A DNA stretch of 63,710 bases, counting the filler, from Octopus bimaculoides (taxonomy: Eukaryota): NCBI RefSeq assembly GCF_001194135.2. It is 5 parts of 5 records of this genome, joined end to end, with 100 filler letters (N's around TTAATTAATTAA, not from the genome) between each part and the next. Parts side by side here need not be neighbours in the genome. Positions count along the whole stretch, not along the records: positions 1 to 11,017 come from NC_068984.1; positions 11,118 to 21,735 come from NC_068991.1; 3 more parts are not named here. One strand, 5' to 3'. The notes under the pieces are model-generated. The model was not told the origin of the DNA. It worked only from the letters and a program-made list of their open reading frames with translations, and ran no database searches. Positions 1 to 11,882 of the stretch are shown piece after piece. A program made the position numbers and the translations under genes. Every line of letters begins with the position of its first letter. Position 1 is the first letter of the stretch.

Positions 1-68
<68 letters not shown>
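1..68. repeat. (TATC)n / GATA microsatellite
   Basis: Pure tetranucleotide run from base 1. Confidence 0.98.
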
Positions 69-71
<3 letters not shown>

Positions 72-161
72 TAGTGGGGACAGTTAGGACTGAAAAAAGT
101 GGGCGAAGAAATTGATATCTTTAATAAACGTAAGATTATTTTAAACTTGCCCAACACGTTC

Positions 162-374
162 CTCTGGTTCACTCAGCTGTGGAAATGAGTTGCGAGTCAC
201 TGGATAGCATCGGTGGCGTGGAGAGAGGAGGCTGGTATGCATGGGCAACTGCTGGTCTTCCATAAAACAACCCTAGGCTGTACGTTCGCCGATGAGGCGA
301 CTTTCCTCCCAGACTTGTACCCTGGAGGGGAAACCTCTTAGGTGCACCCATGGCCATTCGTGACCGACGGAGTC
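162..374 (+). mobile_element. 5'-truncated SINE-like element
   Basis: Body GGTTCACTCAGCTGTGGAAATGAGT; 3' end TGACCGACGGAGT resembles the ends of SINE copies at 24050 and 63550; followed by (TA)n. Confidence 0.45.
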
Positions 375-386
375 GAGTTGGAGGAG

Positions 387-424
<38 letters not shown>

Positions 425-948
425 CAATTGTTACTAATAGTGACTGAGGGTGCACGGTAGCGCCTACATTGCTAGAAATAAGAGTAAAAAACCTTTATAG
501 TCACAAACATAGCATAAGTTACTAATAGTGACTGAGGATGCACAGTAGCACCTACATTGCTAGAAATAAGAGTCAAAGACCCTTATAACCACTAACATAA
601 CGTAAGTCTCTGTACTGACAGGAGAGTTAACCGCCCCACAGCGAGCGAAGGTACTATATTGGCAAACTAATTTCGCTTGAAATTAAAGCTCATCTACCCC
701 ATCGCTGATAGTTAAGTCACATAATTTTCACATTACCATTTTGCTGAATCAGCCATTGATTCTTATGCTAAAATCTATATACACGCCACTGATGAGCTTT
801 AATTTCAAGTGAAATTGGTTTGCCAATATAATACCCTCGCTCGCTGTATATAGACTTGTGCTATGTTTGCGGATATAAGGGTCTTTGACTCTTATTTCTA
901 GCAATATAGGTGCTACCATGCACTCTTAGTCACTATTAGTGACAATTG
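425..948. mobile_element. Long inverted-repeat (foldback) element, probably Penelope pLTR-derived, inside (TA)n/(CA)n
   Basis: 425-518 is the reverse complement of about 853-948 and 640-695 of about 790-847; left arm has a tandem duplication (431-518, 519-607); both arms carry a hammerhead-like motif. Confidence 0.8.
785..833 (+). ncRNA. Type I hammerhead ribozyme-like motif (weak stem I)
   Basis: CTGATGA 789-795; stem II GCTT/AAGT; GAAA 811-814; stem III ATTGG-TTTG-CCAAT; AUA triplet 826-828. Decayed mirror copy on the minus strand at 652-700. Confidence 0.45.
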
Positions 949-1699
<751 letters not shown>

Positions 1700-1921
1700 C
1701 ATTAGTTAGACATAGTTTATCTAACCTACATCAAAGACACCACACAGCATGACTAATGGTTTGTTGATGTTATAAGCTACACCAAAATTAAAATTATATA
1801 GTTATTGTCTCTGTATCAACTTTATCTGATATTTTATATGCACATATCCTGCATGCATATGAATATATATGCATGTGCGTGTGTGTGTGTGTTTGTCTGT
1901 GTCTGTGTCTACAAACGAATA

Positions 1922-2075
1922 TGGATGTGTGGTCAAGAAACTCGCTTTGTATCTATGTGACTTTCGGTTCAGTTCAATTGCGCGGCATCATAGACAAGTG
2001 TCTTCGACTATATCCCCAGGCCGATTAGTACTTTGTGAGAAGATTTGGCAGACTGCATGGAAGACCTCCATGTAT
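1922..2075 (+). mobile_element. Degenerate SINE family A head
   Basis: Aligns by eye to copies at 11371 and 50184 (CAAGTGTCTTC-ACTAT, TTTGTGAG, GATTTGG-AGAC). Confidence 0.65.
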
Positions 2076-3546
2076 GTGTGTATGTGCGTGTTTTTTTTGT
2101 GTGTGTGTGTGTGTGTTTGTGTGTGCACGCGCGTGTGTAGGTATGTATGAATTATGTTATACGTCTCTCTCTATATATATTTCAATATATCTCTCACGAC
2201 TCTCGTTCTCGCATTTCTCTCTTAGTCCTACATCTATCTAGTAAATATACAAATGATTCCCCTAATTAAACAGATACATGTATTATTATAGACTGTTTTT
2301 TAATAAATTCGTGATAACTTATCTTTCATATGCAGTATATTAAAAAAATTTCCCCTTAGTAATATCACTTTAACCTAACATACTAATATATATATATATA
2401 TAAATTCATCCACATTTTTCTTATATATNNNNNNNNNNNNNNNNNNNNNNNNNNNNNNNNNNNNNNNNNNNNNNNNNNNNNNNNNNNNNNNNNNNNNNNN
2501 NNNNNNNNNNNNNNNNNNNNNNNNNNNNNNNNNNNNNNNNNNNNNNNNNNNNNNNNNNNNNNNNNNNNNNNNNNNNNNNNNNNNNNNNNNNNNNNNNNNN
2601 NNNNNNNNNNNNNNNNNNNNNNNNNNNNNNNNNNNNNNNNNNNNNNNNNNNNNNNNNNNNNNNNNNNNNNNNNNNNNNNNNNNNNNNNNNNNNNNNNNNN
2701 NNNNNNNNNNNNNNNNNNNNNNNNNNNNNNNNNNNNNNNNNNNNNNNNNNNNNNNNNNNNNNNNNNNNNNNNNNNNNNNNNNNNNNNNNNNNNNNNNNNN
2801 NNNNNNNNNNNNNNNNNNNNNNNNNNNNNNNNNNNNNNNNNNNNNNNNNNNNNNNNNNNNNNNNNNNNNNNNNNNNNNNNNNNNNNNNNNNNNNNNNNNN
2901 NNNNNNNNNNNNNNNNNNNNNNNNNNNNNNNNNNNNNNNNNNNNNNNNNNNNNNNNNNNNNNNNNNNNNNNNNNNNNNNNNNNNNNNNNNNNNNNNNNNN
3001 NNNNNNNNNNNNNNNNNNNNNNNNNNNNNNNNNNNNNNNNNNNNNNNNNNNNNNNNNNNNNNNNNNNNNNNNNNNNNNNNNNNNNNNNNNNNNNNNNNNN
3101 NNNNNNNNNNNNNNNNNNNNNNNNNNNNNNNNNNNNNNNNNNNNNNNNNNNNNNNNNNNNNNNNNNNNNNNNNNNNNNNNNNNNNNNNNNNNNNNNNNNN
3201 NNNNNNNNNNNNTGTGTGTGTGTGTGTGTGTGTGTACATATATATATATATGCGTGTGTATTCCTCATTTATATACCTTTTCATTCCCTCATATCTACAA
3301 TAATCTTAAGATATATTGATTATTTAAATCCCACTATTCTTTCTCTTTTGATAATTTTTCTTTCCTCTGTTTATACTTTATCTAATAAGAATAATATAAT
3401 ACACCTAATAATAATAATTGATTCCTTTGCATGCATATACATATACATATAAATGTATAGATATGTACTTATGTATATTTATGTATATGTATGTATATGT
3501 AAAAGTGTGTATATATGTATAACTTAACCTTATGAACTTTCTAAAC

Positions 3547-3668
3547 TCTCTGACGAAGCCCAGAGACACACCCAAGTACCTTAATCTTATCTACCAAATA
3601 CTTCACTTCACTGAAGGGATGGAAGTAAAGTGGAGTACTATGGCCTCTTGGCTGAAACAGCTGTAAGA
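3547..3668 (+). ncRNA. Type I hammerhead-like motif with long stem II insertion
   Basis: CTGACGA 3550-3556; AGCC...GGCT closes stem II; GAAA 3654-3657; palindromic ACAGCTGT; GUA 3663-3665; 3-bp stem I TCT/AGA. Confidence 0.5.
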
Positions 3669-4160
3669 AACTATTCTACTTTCTATGGTCTACGTTATAT
3701 ATTTTAATGATTACTGGTATTTTTATATTTTATATATTATATATGTAAAGCATAATATGTTATACATGTATGTATATTGCTATAATTGTTTTTTTTTTTA
3801 ATAAATAGACATAATATAATGTCTAAAAGTTGATGCATACCACCTCTTGATCCCCTCCATTTTCTTATTGCTTAATNNNNNNNNNNNNNNNNNNNNNNNN
3901 NNNNNNNNNNNNNNNNNNNNNNNNNNNNNNNNNNNNNNNNNNNNNNNNNNNNNNNNNNNNNNNNNNNNNNNNNNNNNNNNNNNNNNNNNNNNNNNNNNNN
4001 NNNNNNNNNNNNNNNNNNNNNNNNNNNNNNNNNNNNNNNNNNNNNNNNNNNNNNNNNNNNNNNNNNNNNNNNNNNNNNNNNNNNNNNNNNNNNNNNNNNN
4101 NNNTATATATATATGTATGAATGTATACACCTTCACCCACACACTCACACTTTTTAGGTG

Positions 4161-4454
4161 TCGTTGCCAGTGCCGCTGGACTGGCTCCCGTGCAGGTGGC
4201 ACGTAAAAAACACCTTTTTGAGCAGGCCGTTGAAGGTACCATGTGACTGGCCCTCCTGCCGATGGCACGTAAAAGCACCCACTACACTCTCGGAGTGGTT
4301 GGCGTTATGAAGGGCATCCAGCTGTAGAAACTCTGCCAGATCAGATCGGAGCCTGGTGCAGACTTCTGGCTTGCCAGTCCTCAGTCAAATCGTCCAACCC
4401 ATGCTAGCATGGAAAGTGGACGTTAAACGATGATGATGATGATGATGATGATGA
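4161..4454 (+). mobile_element. SINE family C (RTE-like 3' tail, (GAT)n end)
   Basis: GGCGTTA-GAAGGGCATCCAGCTGTAGAAA and CCAACCCATGCTAGCATGGAAAG-GGACGTTAAACGATGATG shared with copies at 5510, 32901 and 38970. Confidence 0.85.
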
Positions 4455-4740
4455 TTGCTTTTTTCTTTAAAAATAAGTTTATGAATCCTATCATTACAAA
4501 ACTCATATAATTTAATTAAAAGAAATCAACAACTTAATTGTAATATTAAAACTGCTGAAATTTCACCCAAGTAGTAGCTAATATTTTAACGATTTTCTAA
4601 TTAACAACATTTAAAATTTTAGTCAAGCTATCAATCTTTAGATACACTTTTAAAAACACATATATAGCATTTCCTAATACTGTCCGTTTCATTTTGAAAG
4701 TTAAGTATTCTGTGTCCATAAATATTCTGAAAAAAATAGT

Positions 4741-4852
4741 TTCAGATTTTGGCCACAAGTCCAGCAATTATTAGACGAGAGATAAGTCAATTACATGCCT
4801 GTACTTGACTGATACTTTATTTTATCGATCTCGAAAAGATGACAGGCAAAGT
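4741..4852 (-). mobile_element. SINE family B variant, partial
   Basis: TTTTGGC-ACAAG-CCAGCAATT tail and TTTATCGATC-CGAAAAGATGA-AGGCAAAG core shared with 7559, 17139 and 23114. Confidence 0.65.
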
Positions 4853-4907
4853 TGTTGGTCTCTTTCCTCAACTGCAGATGTTGTTTCAGTGTCACAATGC
4901 GTGCTTC

Positions 4908-4938
<31 letters not shown>

Positions 4939-4974
4939 TGTATGTATGTATGTATGTATGTATGTATGTATGTA

Positions 4975-5466
4975 TTTATGTATGTTATCAATCAGTTTCA
5001 TTTCTGTATTTCTTGTCCATAGAGAAAGAGCCGGACTCTAACATAGATTCAAGGCTCCTTCATTGGAACTTTTATCAACATCATCTAGGTATTTGTGCAT
5101 ATGTGTGTGTGTGTGCAGTATTTGGTGTTAGTGTATGCGCAGATTTGTATGTTCGTTTTATGGATGCGTTTTTATGTATATATTTTCATGTCTAGATGCA
5201 TGCATATGTATTTATGTGCTAAACTTTTGGAAAGTTTTACATATCTTTACAGTTCCATTGATGGCTTGAATCTGTAGTCTTCTAATCAGCCTTTTTCTTT
5301 CAGGTTTTGAGAACCCTAATTTTTCCAGGTTTTTGTTGAGGCAGTTCGTTAAATATCCCAGTGCCTCAACAATCACGGATATGAATCTGAACTTATAGTC
5401 TGGGTGGAGTATCTGCAAATTTCTCAGTAGCTCGGCGTAGTTGTTCTCTTTTTCTCTAAGCTTTAG
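4975..5466 (-). mobile_element. 3' end of RLE-type (R2/R4-like) non-LTR retrotransposon, (CATA)n-flanked family
   Basis: Minus frame KLREKENNYAELLRNLQILHPDYKFRFISVIVEALGYLTNCL...IQAINGTVKICKTFQKF*, then 3' UTR; (TATG)n on both sides. Confidence 0.85.
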
Positions 5467-5509
5467 TATGTATGTATGTATGTATGTATGTATGTACGTA
5501 CGTACGTAC

Positions 5510-5830
5510 ATCATCATCATCGTTTAACGTCTGCTTTCCATGCTAGCATGGGTTGGACGATTTGACTGAGGACTGGTGAAACCGGATGGCAACACCAGGC
5601 TCCAATCTAATTTGGCAGAGTTTCTACAGCTGGATGCCCTTCCTAACGCCAACCACTCAGAGAGTGTAGTGGGTGCTTTTACGTGCCACCGGCACGAAGG
5701 CCAGTCAGGGGGTACTGGCAACGGCCACGCTCGAAATGGTGCATTTTACGTGCCACCTGCACAGAAGCCAGTCTAGCGGGACTGGCAACGAACTCGCTCG
5801 AATGTCTTTTCACGTGCCACTGGCACAAGT
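5510..5830 (-). mobile_element. SINE family C
   Basis: Reverse complement of the 32901 copy; (CAT)n tail at 5510; three internal repeat units of about 65 nt. Confidence 0.9.
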
Positions 5831-5973
5831 GGTATGTATGTATGTATGTATGTATGTATGTATGTATGTATGTATGTATGTATGTATGTGTGTGTGCATG
5901 TATGTATGTATGCATGCATGTATGTATATATGTATATATGCACGTATGTATGCATGCACGTATGTATGTATGC

Positions 5974-6011
<38 letters not shown>

Positions 6012-6029
6012 ATGTATCTATGTATGTAT

Positions 6030-6140
6030 GTCATTATTCATTTCTATTTGAATTTTTTTGACTAATGGAGAAAGAGCCGGTTTCTAACCTACATCCAAGG
6101 CTCTTTCATTGGAATTTCAACATCAACAGGGTATTTTTGC
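6030..6140 (-). mobile_element. 3' UTR-only copy of the (CATA)n-flanked LINE
   Basis: GAGAAAGAGCCGG-TTCTAAC-TA-AT-CAAGGCTC-TTCATTGGAA matches 5022-5070; embedded in (TATG)n on both sides. Confidence 0.8.
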
Positions 6141-6159
6141 ATGTATGTATGTATGCATG

Positions 6160-6193
<34 letters not shown>

Positions 6194-6888
6194 TATATGT
6201 ATGTATGTATGTATGTATGCATGCATGTATGTATATATGTATGTATGCACGTATGTATGTATGTATGTATGTATTTATGTATGGTTGTGCGTGTGTGTGT
6301 GTGTATGTATGTATGTAAAAAATACTTTATTGCATTCTGTTACAGAAATATATGTAAAACTATATTTGTAAATAACGACTCGTATATATTGATTGATAAC
6401 CTTCACCCCACCTCAAAACTTATTTACTTTGTAATACGCTTACCGTCAACATGCTACCCACCAAATGTATTCTTCAGCTGAATTCTAAATTAGAAATGAT
6501 GACGTTTGCCGTTGAACATGATTATAGCGCAACTGCGAGACGCTTCAGTATATGAACGAATGTAACATCAGATCGTGGACGCGAGCTCAAGATATCCTTG
6601 AAGTTATGCCAAAGTACACACACACACACGTGTGTGTATATATATATATATATATAAGGTGATCGGCAGTTGTGTGTCGACTGCTGACATTAGGATCCGT
6701 GCCAGAGTTGTTTATAAGAAGATCCATCAGTTTCGGCTACAATAAAGGAATTCAGGGTAATACAAAGATAGTATACTCTCTTTTTATGAATCGACGCCAG
6801 TTCAACATCAGAAAGCGAGCAAGTGTGTAGAGAGTCCCTAAAGACAATAAAGGAGAACTGTTAAACGAAAGAATCATAGTTAGCCTCA

Positions 6889-7210
6889 ACCAATGGTGCT
6901 CAAGCGGGGTCCATATGACCCTTGGGAATCCAAGTAAGATTTTGTGGTGTCCACGCAAGCATAATAGTAAATTAGGTGACAGCGGTGGTATTTTAGGTGT
7001 CCAAGTGAAAAATTTTGCCTAAGAGATACTTATTGCAAGAAAGAACTAGGTTTATTTCTCTAGCGCTTAAGATAGTTCAACATAGTAGTGTGTAAACTCT
7101 CTCATTTCTGCTTTTATTTGAATTAATAAATAGTACTCAAGCTAAATGGACTATGATGGGTGACATTTCTTTTTGATGGGGAGTACGATGTATTGAAATG
7201 TATTGACACT
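6889..7210. mobile_element. Decayed hAT-like MITE
   Basis: Start CAATGGTGCTCAAGCGGGGTCCATATGACCC resembles CAGTGGTTCTCAAC-type hAT termini; right end not clearly recovered. Confidence 0.35.
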
Positions 7211-7558
7211 ACTAAAAAATATCGACTATTCTAGGAGAAAACACAGTTGCGCGGTACCTAATTTTCTTCATCGTACTTTGTTGAATTTGATTTCAATTGT
7301 GTCTCTTACTTTCTGTCAAAAGTTCGTAACCGACTCAACACTGTACAAAGAGGTGATCTTTAATTATCACTGAGAATGGTGGAAACGAATGTTGCAAAAT
7401 TAGCGGAGCAGCATCAACCACAAAGCTCACATTGAATGAAGAAGCAGTAAATAGTATCTACTTTTAATAAATATATCCTTGTATATTTATGAGTTATTTT
7501 ACTAGTGAACATTATTTTTTCCATAGAATTTTGTTGTTAAAATTAATGCGCAATACAA

Positions 7559-7775
7559 GTCGGCGAGTATAGACAGAATCGTTAGCACGCCGGGCAAAAT
7601 GCTTAGGAGCACTTCGTCTGTCTTCATGTTCCGAGTTCAGATTCCGCCGAGGTCGACTTTACCTTTCATCCTTTCGGGGATCAATAAAATAAGTATCAGC
7701 TGGTCACTAGGATCGATGTAATTGACTTAGACTCTTTCCTGAAATCGCTGGCCTTGTGTCAAAATATGAAACCAC
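7559..7775 (+). mobile_element. SINE family B variant
   Basis: tRNA-like head CAGAATCGTTAGCACGCCGGGC...GAGTTCAGATTCC; core GAGGTCGACTTT-CCTTTCATCCTTTCGGGG. Confidence 0.85.
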
Positions 7776-8258
7776 AATTAAAATGCAATAAATTGGTAAT
7801 ACTGTTACAGTATACAAAATATTTTAGCAATTCTTTAAATACAATTCCAAACAATATCTAATTTATAGGATTTTTTAGACATCGAGTGGCTATGAGAGAG
7901 TCCACCAGTGTAAAAACAAATGGAATCAAAGGGGTAAACCATATCGAAAGAGTCGAAGAATGGCGTTTGATTACACTTAGAACATCACTGTTGCCGCGAA
8001 TGGTTGAAAGACTGACAGTGAGGATCACTAGCTTTGCAAAAAGTAGATTCACTATTAAATTTGCTCTTTGCATGATGGTTTCAAGTTGCCACCTCATACA
8101 ATCTTCAAAATGAAGACTATACTATCAGTTGTTGTAGATGGAAAAGACTAGTGACAAGGAATTTGAAGGATTTTAAAATATCTATTAATATATAACATAT
8201 AACAAAACTGCAATGGTAAAAATGTATATAGTTATACTTATAATTATCCTTCTATACC

Positions 8259-8373
8259 CAGGGCCGTCTTAACAGAATTATAGGCCTCTACGCAAAGTAA
8301 AGCACTGGGACCTCTACATACACAACCACAGCATAAATTAGCTTTGGATCCTTAGCAACTTAAGACGGTCCCG
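8259..8373. mobile_element. 115-bp hAT-type MITE with 8-bp TSD
   Basis: TIRs CAGGGCCGTCTTAA / TTAAGACGGTCCCG (12/14 match); TCTATACC duplicated at 8251-8258 and 8374-8381. Confidence 0.9.
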
Positions 8374-8411
8374 TCTATACCTGTAAAATATTGTTACTAA
8401 ATATTAAACTA

Positions 8412-8655
8412 GTGAGGGTGCATAGCTTAGCGGTGAAGGTGTTAGACTCACGGTCGTAAGATCGTGGTTTCGATTTCTGGGCCGGGTGATGCGTTGTGTT
8501 GCTGAGCAAAGCACTTCATTTCATGTTGCTCCACTCTACTCAATTGACGAAAATGAGTATTTCCTGCAACGGACAGGCGTCTCGTCTAAAGCAGAAAATA
8601 TATGCGTCACGGAAACCAGGAAACTGTCCCTATGAATATATATGACTCGAGAAGG
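8412..8655 (+). mobile_element. Old tRNA-derived SINE related to family D
   Basis: Head TAGCTTAGCGG...GGTTTCGATTTC (A/B boxes); tail GAAACCAGGAAACTG shared with the copy at 26896. Confidence 0.7.
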
Positions 8656-8909
8656 ATCTTTATCCTTTTATCCTTTTTAGATATTAAAGTATTGTTACTT
8701 TTGAAAAAAAAAATGGTAGTAATTATACATACCCTAATTTTATTTTTGATTTAGACGATAAAGTGCATTATGTGATGGTATAGAGAAAGTGAGAAAGAGA
8801 GAAAAGGGGAGAGAGAGAAAAGGAAAAAGAGAGGAACAGGTAGAGAGAGAAGGAGAAACAGAGAGAGAGAGAGACAAAAGAGAAAGTGAGATACATAGAG
8901 ACAGAGAGT

Positions 8910-8947
<38 letters not shown>

Positions 8948-9010
8948 AAGAGGGGGGGGGGGAAGAAACAAATACTGTTACACATACAAGAAACCTCTAT
9001 GGGATCATTC

Positions 9011-9246
9011 GATTTGCTGGCAGAATCGTTAGGACGCCGGGCGAAATGCTTAGCAGTATTTCGTCTGCCGTTACGTTCTGAGTTCAAATTCCGCCGAGGT
9101 CGACTTTGTCTTTCATCCTTTCGGGGTCGATAAATTAAGTACCAGTTACGCACTGGCGTCGATGTAATCGACTTAATCCCTATGTCTGTCCTTGTTTGTC
9201 CTCTCTATGTTTAGCCCCTTGTGTGCAATAAAGAAATTAGAAATAG
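9011..9246 (+). mobile_element. SINE family B, near full length
   Basis: TGGCAGAATCG A-box, GAGTTCAAATTCC B-box, conserved core, tail TTAGCCCCTTGTG-GCAATAAAGAAAT. Confidence 0.92.
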
Positions 9247-9359
9247 AAGCCGAACCTTTTGGAAAATGGACGTGGTAGCCACGAAAGCTGAACCGAAACT
9301 ACGCAACACATATAAGAACTGAACCAGACAAATCAACTTTCTCTACCCCCACCCACCCC

Positions 9360-9390
<31 letters not shown>

Positions 9391-9819
9391 GGAGAATATG
9401 TGTGTGTGTTTAAGAGACACCTACTATTCTCTCTCGTCGGTTTCTTCTTCTCTCTGTCTTTCCCTGTATATTTGTGTTTGTGTGCGTGCGTGTGTGTTTG
9501 TGTGTATTAATAAAACAGACACTGAACGTGTTACATTTCTAATCAAGGTAAATAACTCTGTACGACATAGTCAAACAATAACTTTTACTCTTTCTCTATG
9601 GTTGTGTATCCAGTATTTGAATGATTATCAACAATAAGCATATTTCTTTCAAATAAATGCTATTCTACTTATCAAAGTAAACATAAATGAATATATAACA
9701 ACGAAAATATGTAGAAAAAGGGGAGGAATCTTAGGGAAAAAAAATGTAACTCATTTGTAAGAGTAGTTTCCCTTGTACTAGCAAAGCGTTAGTTCATAAA
9801 CTGCAATTAATCAGAAACT

Positions 9820-10375
9820 GTATGTATGTATGTATGCTTCTCTTCTGTTTTTAATCATTTAAATTCTTTATCTGGTGAAGGAGCTTGTTTCTAACAAAGA
9901 TAGAAAGCTCAATCTTTGGAATATAGATAACGAAAACAATGTCACATTTTAAACTTGAGAAAAGTCTGACATAGGTTTACTGTTCTGTATACAGATTATA
10001 TTTGTAATGTGCGAATCAGTTGGTTGATTTGTTTTCCTGAAAATCCAAGCTTATCAAGACTGACATTTAAGCATTTACTTACAAAACCAAGTGCTCCAAT
10101 TAGTATTGGTATAAATGTAAATTTGTTATCTGGACATAGGAGCTGGAGGTTTCGAAGCAATTTTCCATAGCTTTTTTCTTTCTTTTTGATTTTCAAAGAG
10201 ATATTTACGTCAGCGGGACGGTTGACCTCTATGACAGTACATACTTTTCTTTGTCCGTCTCAAACAACAATATCCTACAGATGTTTTGATGGGAACGTTT
10301 GTTTACGTCTTCAATAACTGTGGGGTTCTCTATATTTATTCCAGGACGGGTTTTTTTTTCCGAATGGCATTGCAT
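9820..10375 (-). mobile_element. 3' part of RLE-type LINE, (CATA)n-tailed family
   Basis: Minus frames QCHSEKKTRPGINIENPTVIE and KIKKKEKSYGKLLRNLQLLCPDNKFTFIPILIGALGFVSKCL; 3' UTR ends in (TATG)n at 9820-9836. Confidence 0.85.
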
Positions 10376-10789
10376 ATTGAATGACAAAGATAAGCATAAC
10401 ACATGTAATAGAAATACAACACGTCCCAATACCAAACCACATAACACCAAAAATACCAACAACAATATAAACACAAATACCAATAATATTAAAAGGACGA
10501 TTAAGGCTAACAACGAGACGAAACAGAAATACAATAACCACCTGAACAGAACCAACATTAAGCAATACAACGATAAGTTTAGCTTAAATTACAGGGAAAC
10601 CCAGAAGACTAAAAGGAAACATAGATCGGGCCCACTAAAACCTAACAATACTAGCAGGGAAAATAATGAAAAGACACATATTAAAAATAAACCCAAATAT
10701 ACAAATAAATTAGACAGCCGGAGAGAAAAATTCACCAACCTCCCCAGTTATGATGGTAGCTTCTATACCAGATATGGCCGTAACAGCAG

Positions 10790-11017
10790 CAAAAACAATA
10801 AGGATACGATCTGGCTAATCATTCCCTATAACATGGGCCTCAAAACCAACATAGTCCGCTCACAAGTGAACATAATAGATAAACACCTTAATGTGAACAA
10901 TAAATACGCAGAAATATTTAAGAACAAAATAAGAATAGGCCACAGCCTGACATGTAACTTAGCTACCATAATAGCATCTTTTAATAATAAGAAATTAGAC
11001 GCATTCTATACAGCTAG
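10790..11017 (+). mobile_element. Penelope-like element ORF fragment (linker upstream of GIY-YIG)
   Basis: TIWLIIPYNMGLKTNIVRSQVNIIDKHL...IFKNKIRIGHSLTCNLATIIASFNNKKL resembles the PLE motif IIWFNPPYS..VKTNIG..FL.LIDKHF...IFN...IKVSYSCMPN...II..HNKKIL; truncated by a linker. Upstream 10380-10790 is Asn-rich low complexity. Confidence 0.75.
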
Positions 11018-11117
11018 NNNNNNNNNNNNNNNNNNNNNNNNNNNNNNNNNNNNNNNNNNNNTTAATTAATTAANNNNNNNNNNNNNNNNNNNNNNNNNNN
11101 NNNNNNNNNNNNNNNNN
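11018..11117. other. Artificial scaffold join (44 N + TTAATTAATTAA + 44 N)
   Basis: 12-mer at 11062-11073; same geometry at three other sites. Confidence 0.95.
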
Positions 11118-11211
11118 AGGAAAAGCAAAAAAATGCAATCATCCATAAATTTTTATGGTAAATACATATATGCAGACTGTCGGAGTGTTCCGGAATCTAC
11201 TGAACGAACGG

Positions 11212-11265
11212 TCCTTACTGATGAAGGCTACAGAATTAGCCGAAATTGGACGTTCAGTCTAATGA
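11212..11265 (+). ncRNA. Type I hammerhead ribozyme, core intact
   Basis: Stem I TCCTTA/TAATGA (5/6); CTGATGA 11218-11224 plus extra A; stem II GGCTA/TAGCC; GAAA 11242-11245; stem III ATTG/CAGT with a G-U pair; GUC 11257-11259. Confidence 0.75.
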
Positions 11266-11370
11266 ATTTTCTAGACGGTGTTGGGGCGATTGCAGACCCT
11301 GTCAGCATATATGTATACATTTTTGTGCTTTTCTTATAGCATTAAGAGTATTCTAGCTCTTATTCTTAGC

Positions 11371-11528
11371 AGGCGTGGCTGTGTGATAAGAGGTTTGCTT
11401 CCCAACTATATGTTTCTGGGTTCAGTCCCACTGCGTGGCACCTTGAGCAAGTGTCTTCTACTATAGCCTCGGGCCGACTAAAATCTTGTAAGTGGATTTG
11501 GTAGACGGTAACTCGAAGGAGCCCGTCA

Positions 11529-11564
<36 letters not shown>

Positions 11565-11708
11565 GATAGATAGATAGATGTAGATATATCTATATCTATA
11601 TATATGTATATATATATATATTTGTATGTCTGTGTTTGTCTCCCCACCATTACTTGACAATCGATGTTGGTGAGTATACGTCCCCGTAACTAACCGTTTC
11701 GGCAAAAG
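11371..11708 (+). mobile_element. SINE family A (3' truncated)
   Basis: GGCGTGGCTGTGTG head, GGTTCAGTCCC B-box, GGCACCTTGAGCAAGTGTCTT body, internal (TG)n/(TAGA)n, tail GCTTGACAATCGATG. Confidence 0.92.
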
Positions 11709-11828
11709 TGTCCATTGAAATTTTATATTACCGTAATATTTAGCTATCCGCTAAATATTCCATAACTTCTTATGGTTAATACATATATGCTGACAGGAGG
11801 ATTGGGACGGAATCTACCGAACAAATGG

Positions 11829-11882
11829 TCCTTACAGATGAAGGCTACGGAATTAGCCGACACTGGACGTTCAGTCTAAGGA
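11829..11882 (+). ncRNA. Type I hammerhead, core mutated (CAGATGA, GACA)
   Basis: Perfect stem I TCCTTA/TAAGGA, stem II GGCTA/TAGCC, stem III ACTG/CAGT, GUC 11874-11876; two core substitutions predict inactivity. Confidence 0.7.

Larger units (their letters stand above)
6455..8150 (+). mobile_element. Degenerate pogo-family transposase (Brinker-type DBD + CENP-B HTH + DDE start), interrupted by younger elements
   Basis: With frameshifts: KLEMMTFAVEHDYSATARRFS-NECNIRSWTRAQDILEVMPK (about 6490-6615); FMNRRQFNIRKRASV*RVPKDNKGELLN (about 6780-6865); MAFDYT*NITVAANG / TVRITSFAKSRFTIKFALC / DGFKLPPHTIFKMKT (about 7960-8120). These match recalled POGK/pogo motifs. Confidence 0.7.

Noticed and set aside
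10299-11069. 256-aa ORF as a host gene
   Set aside because: Chimera of antisense LINE, Asn-rich low complexity and a Penelope-like fragment.
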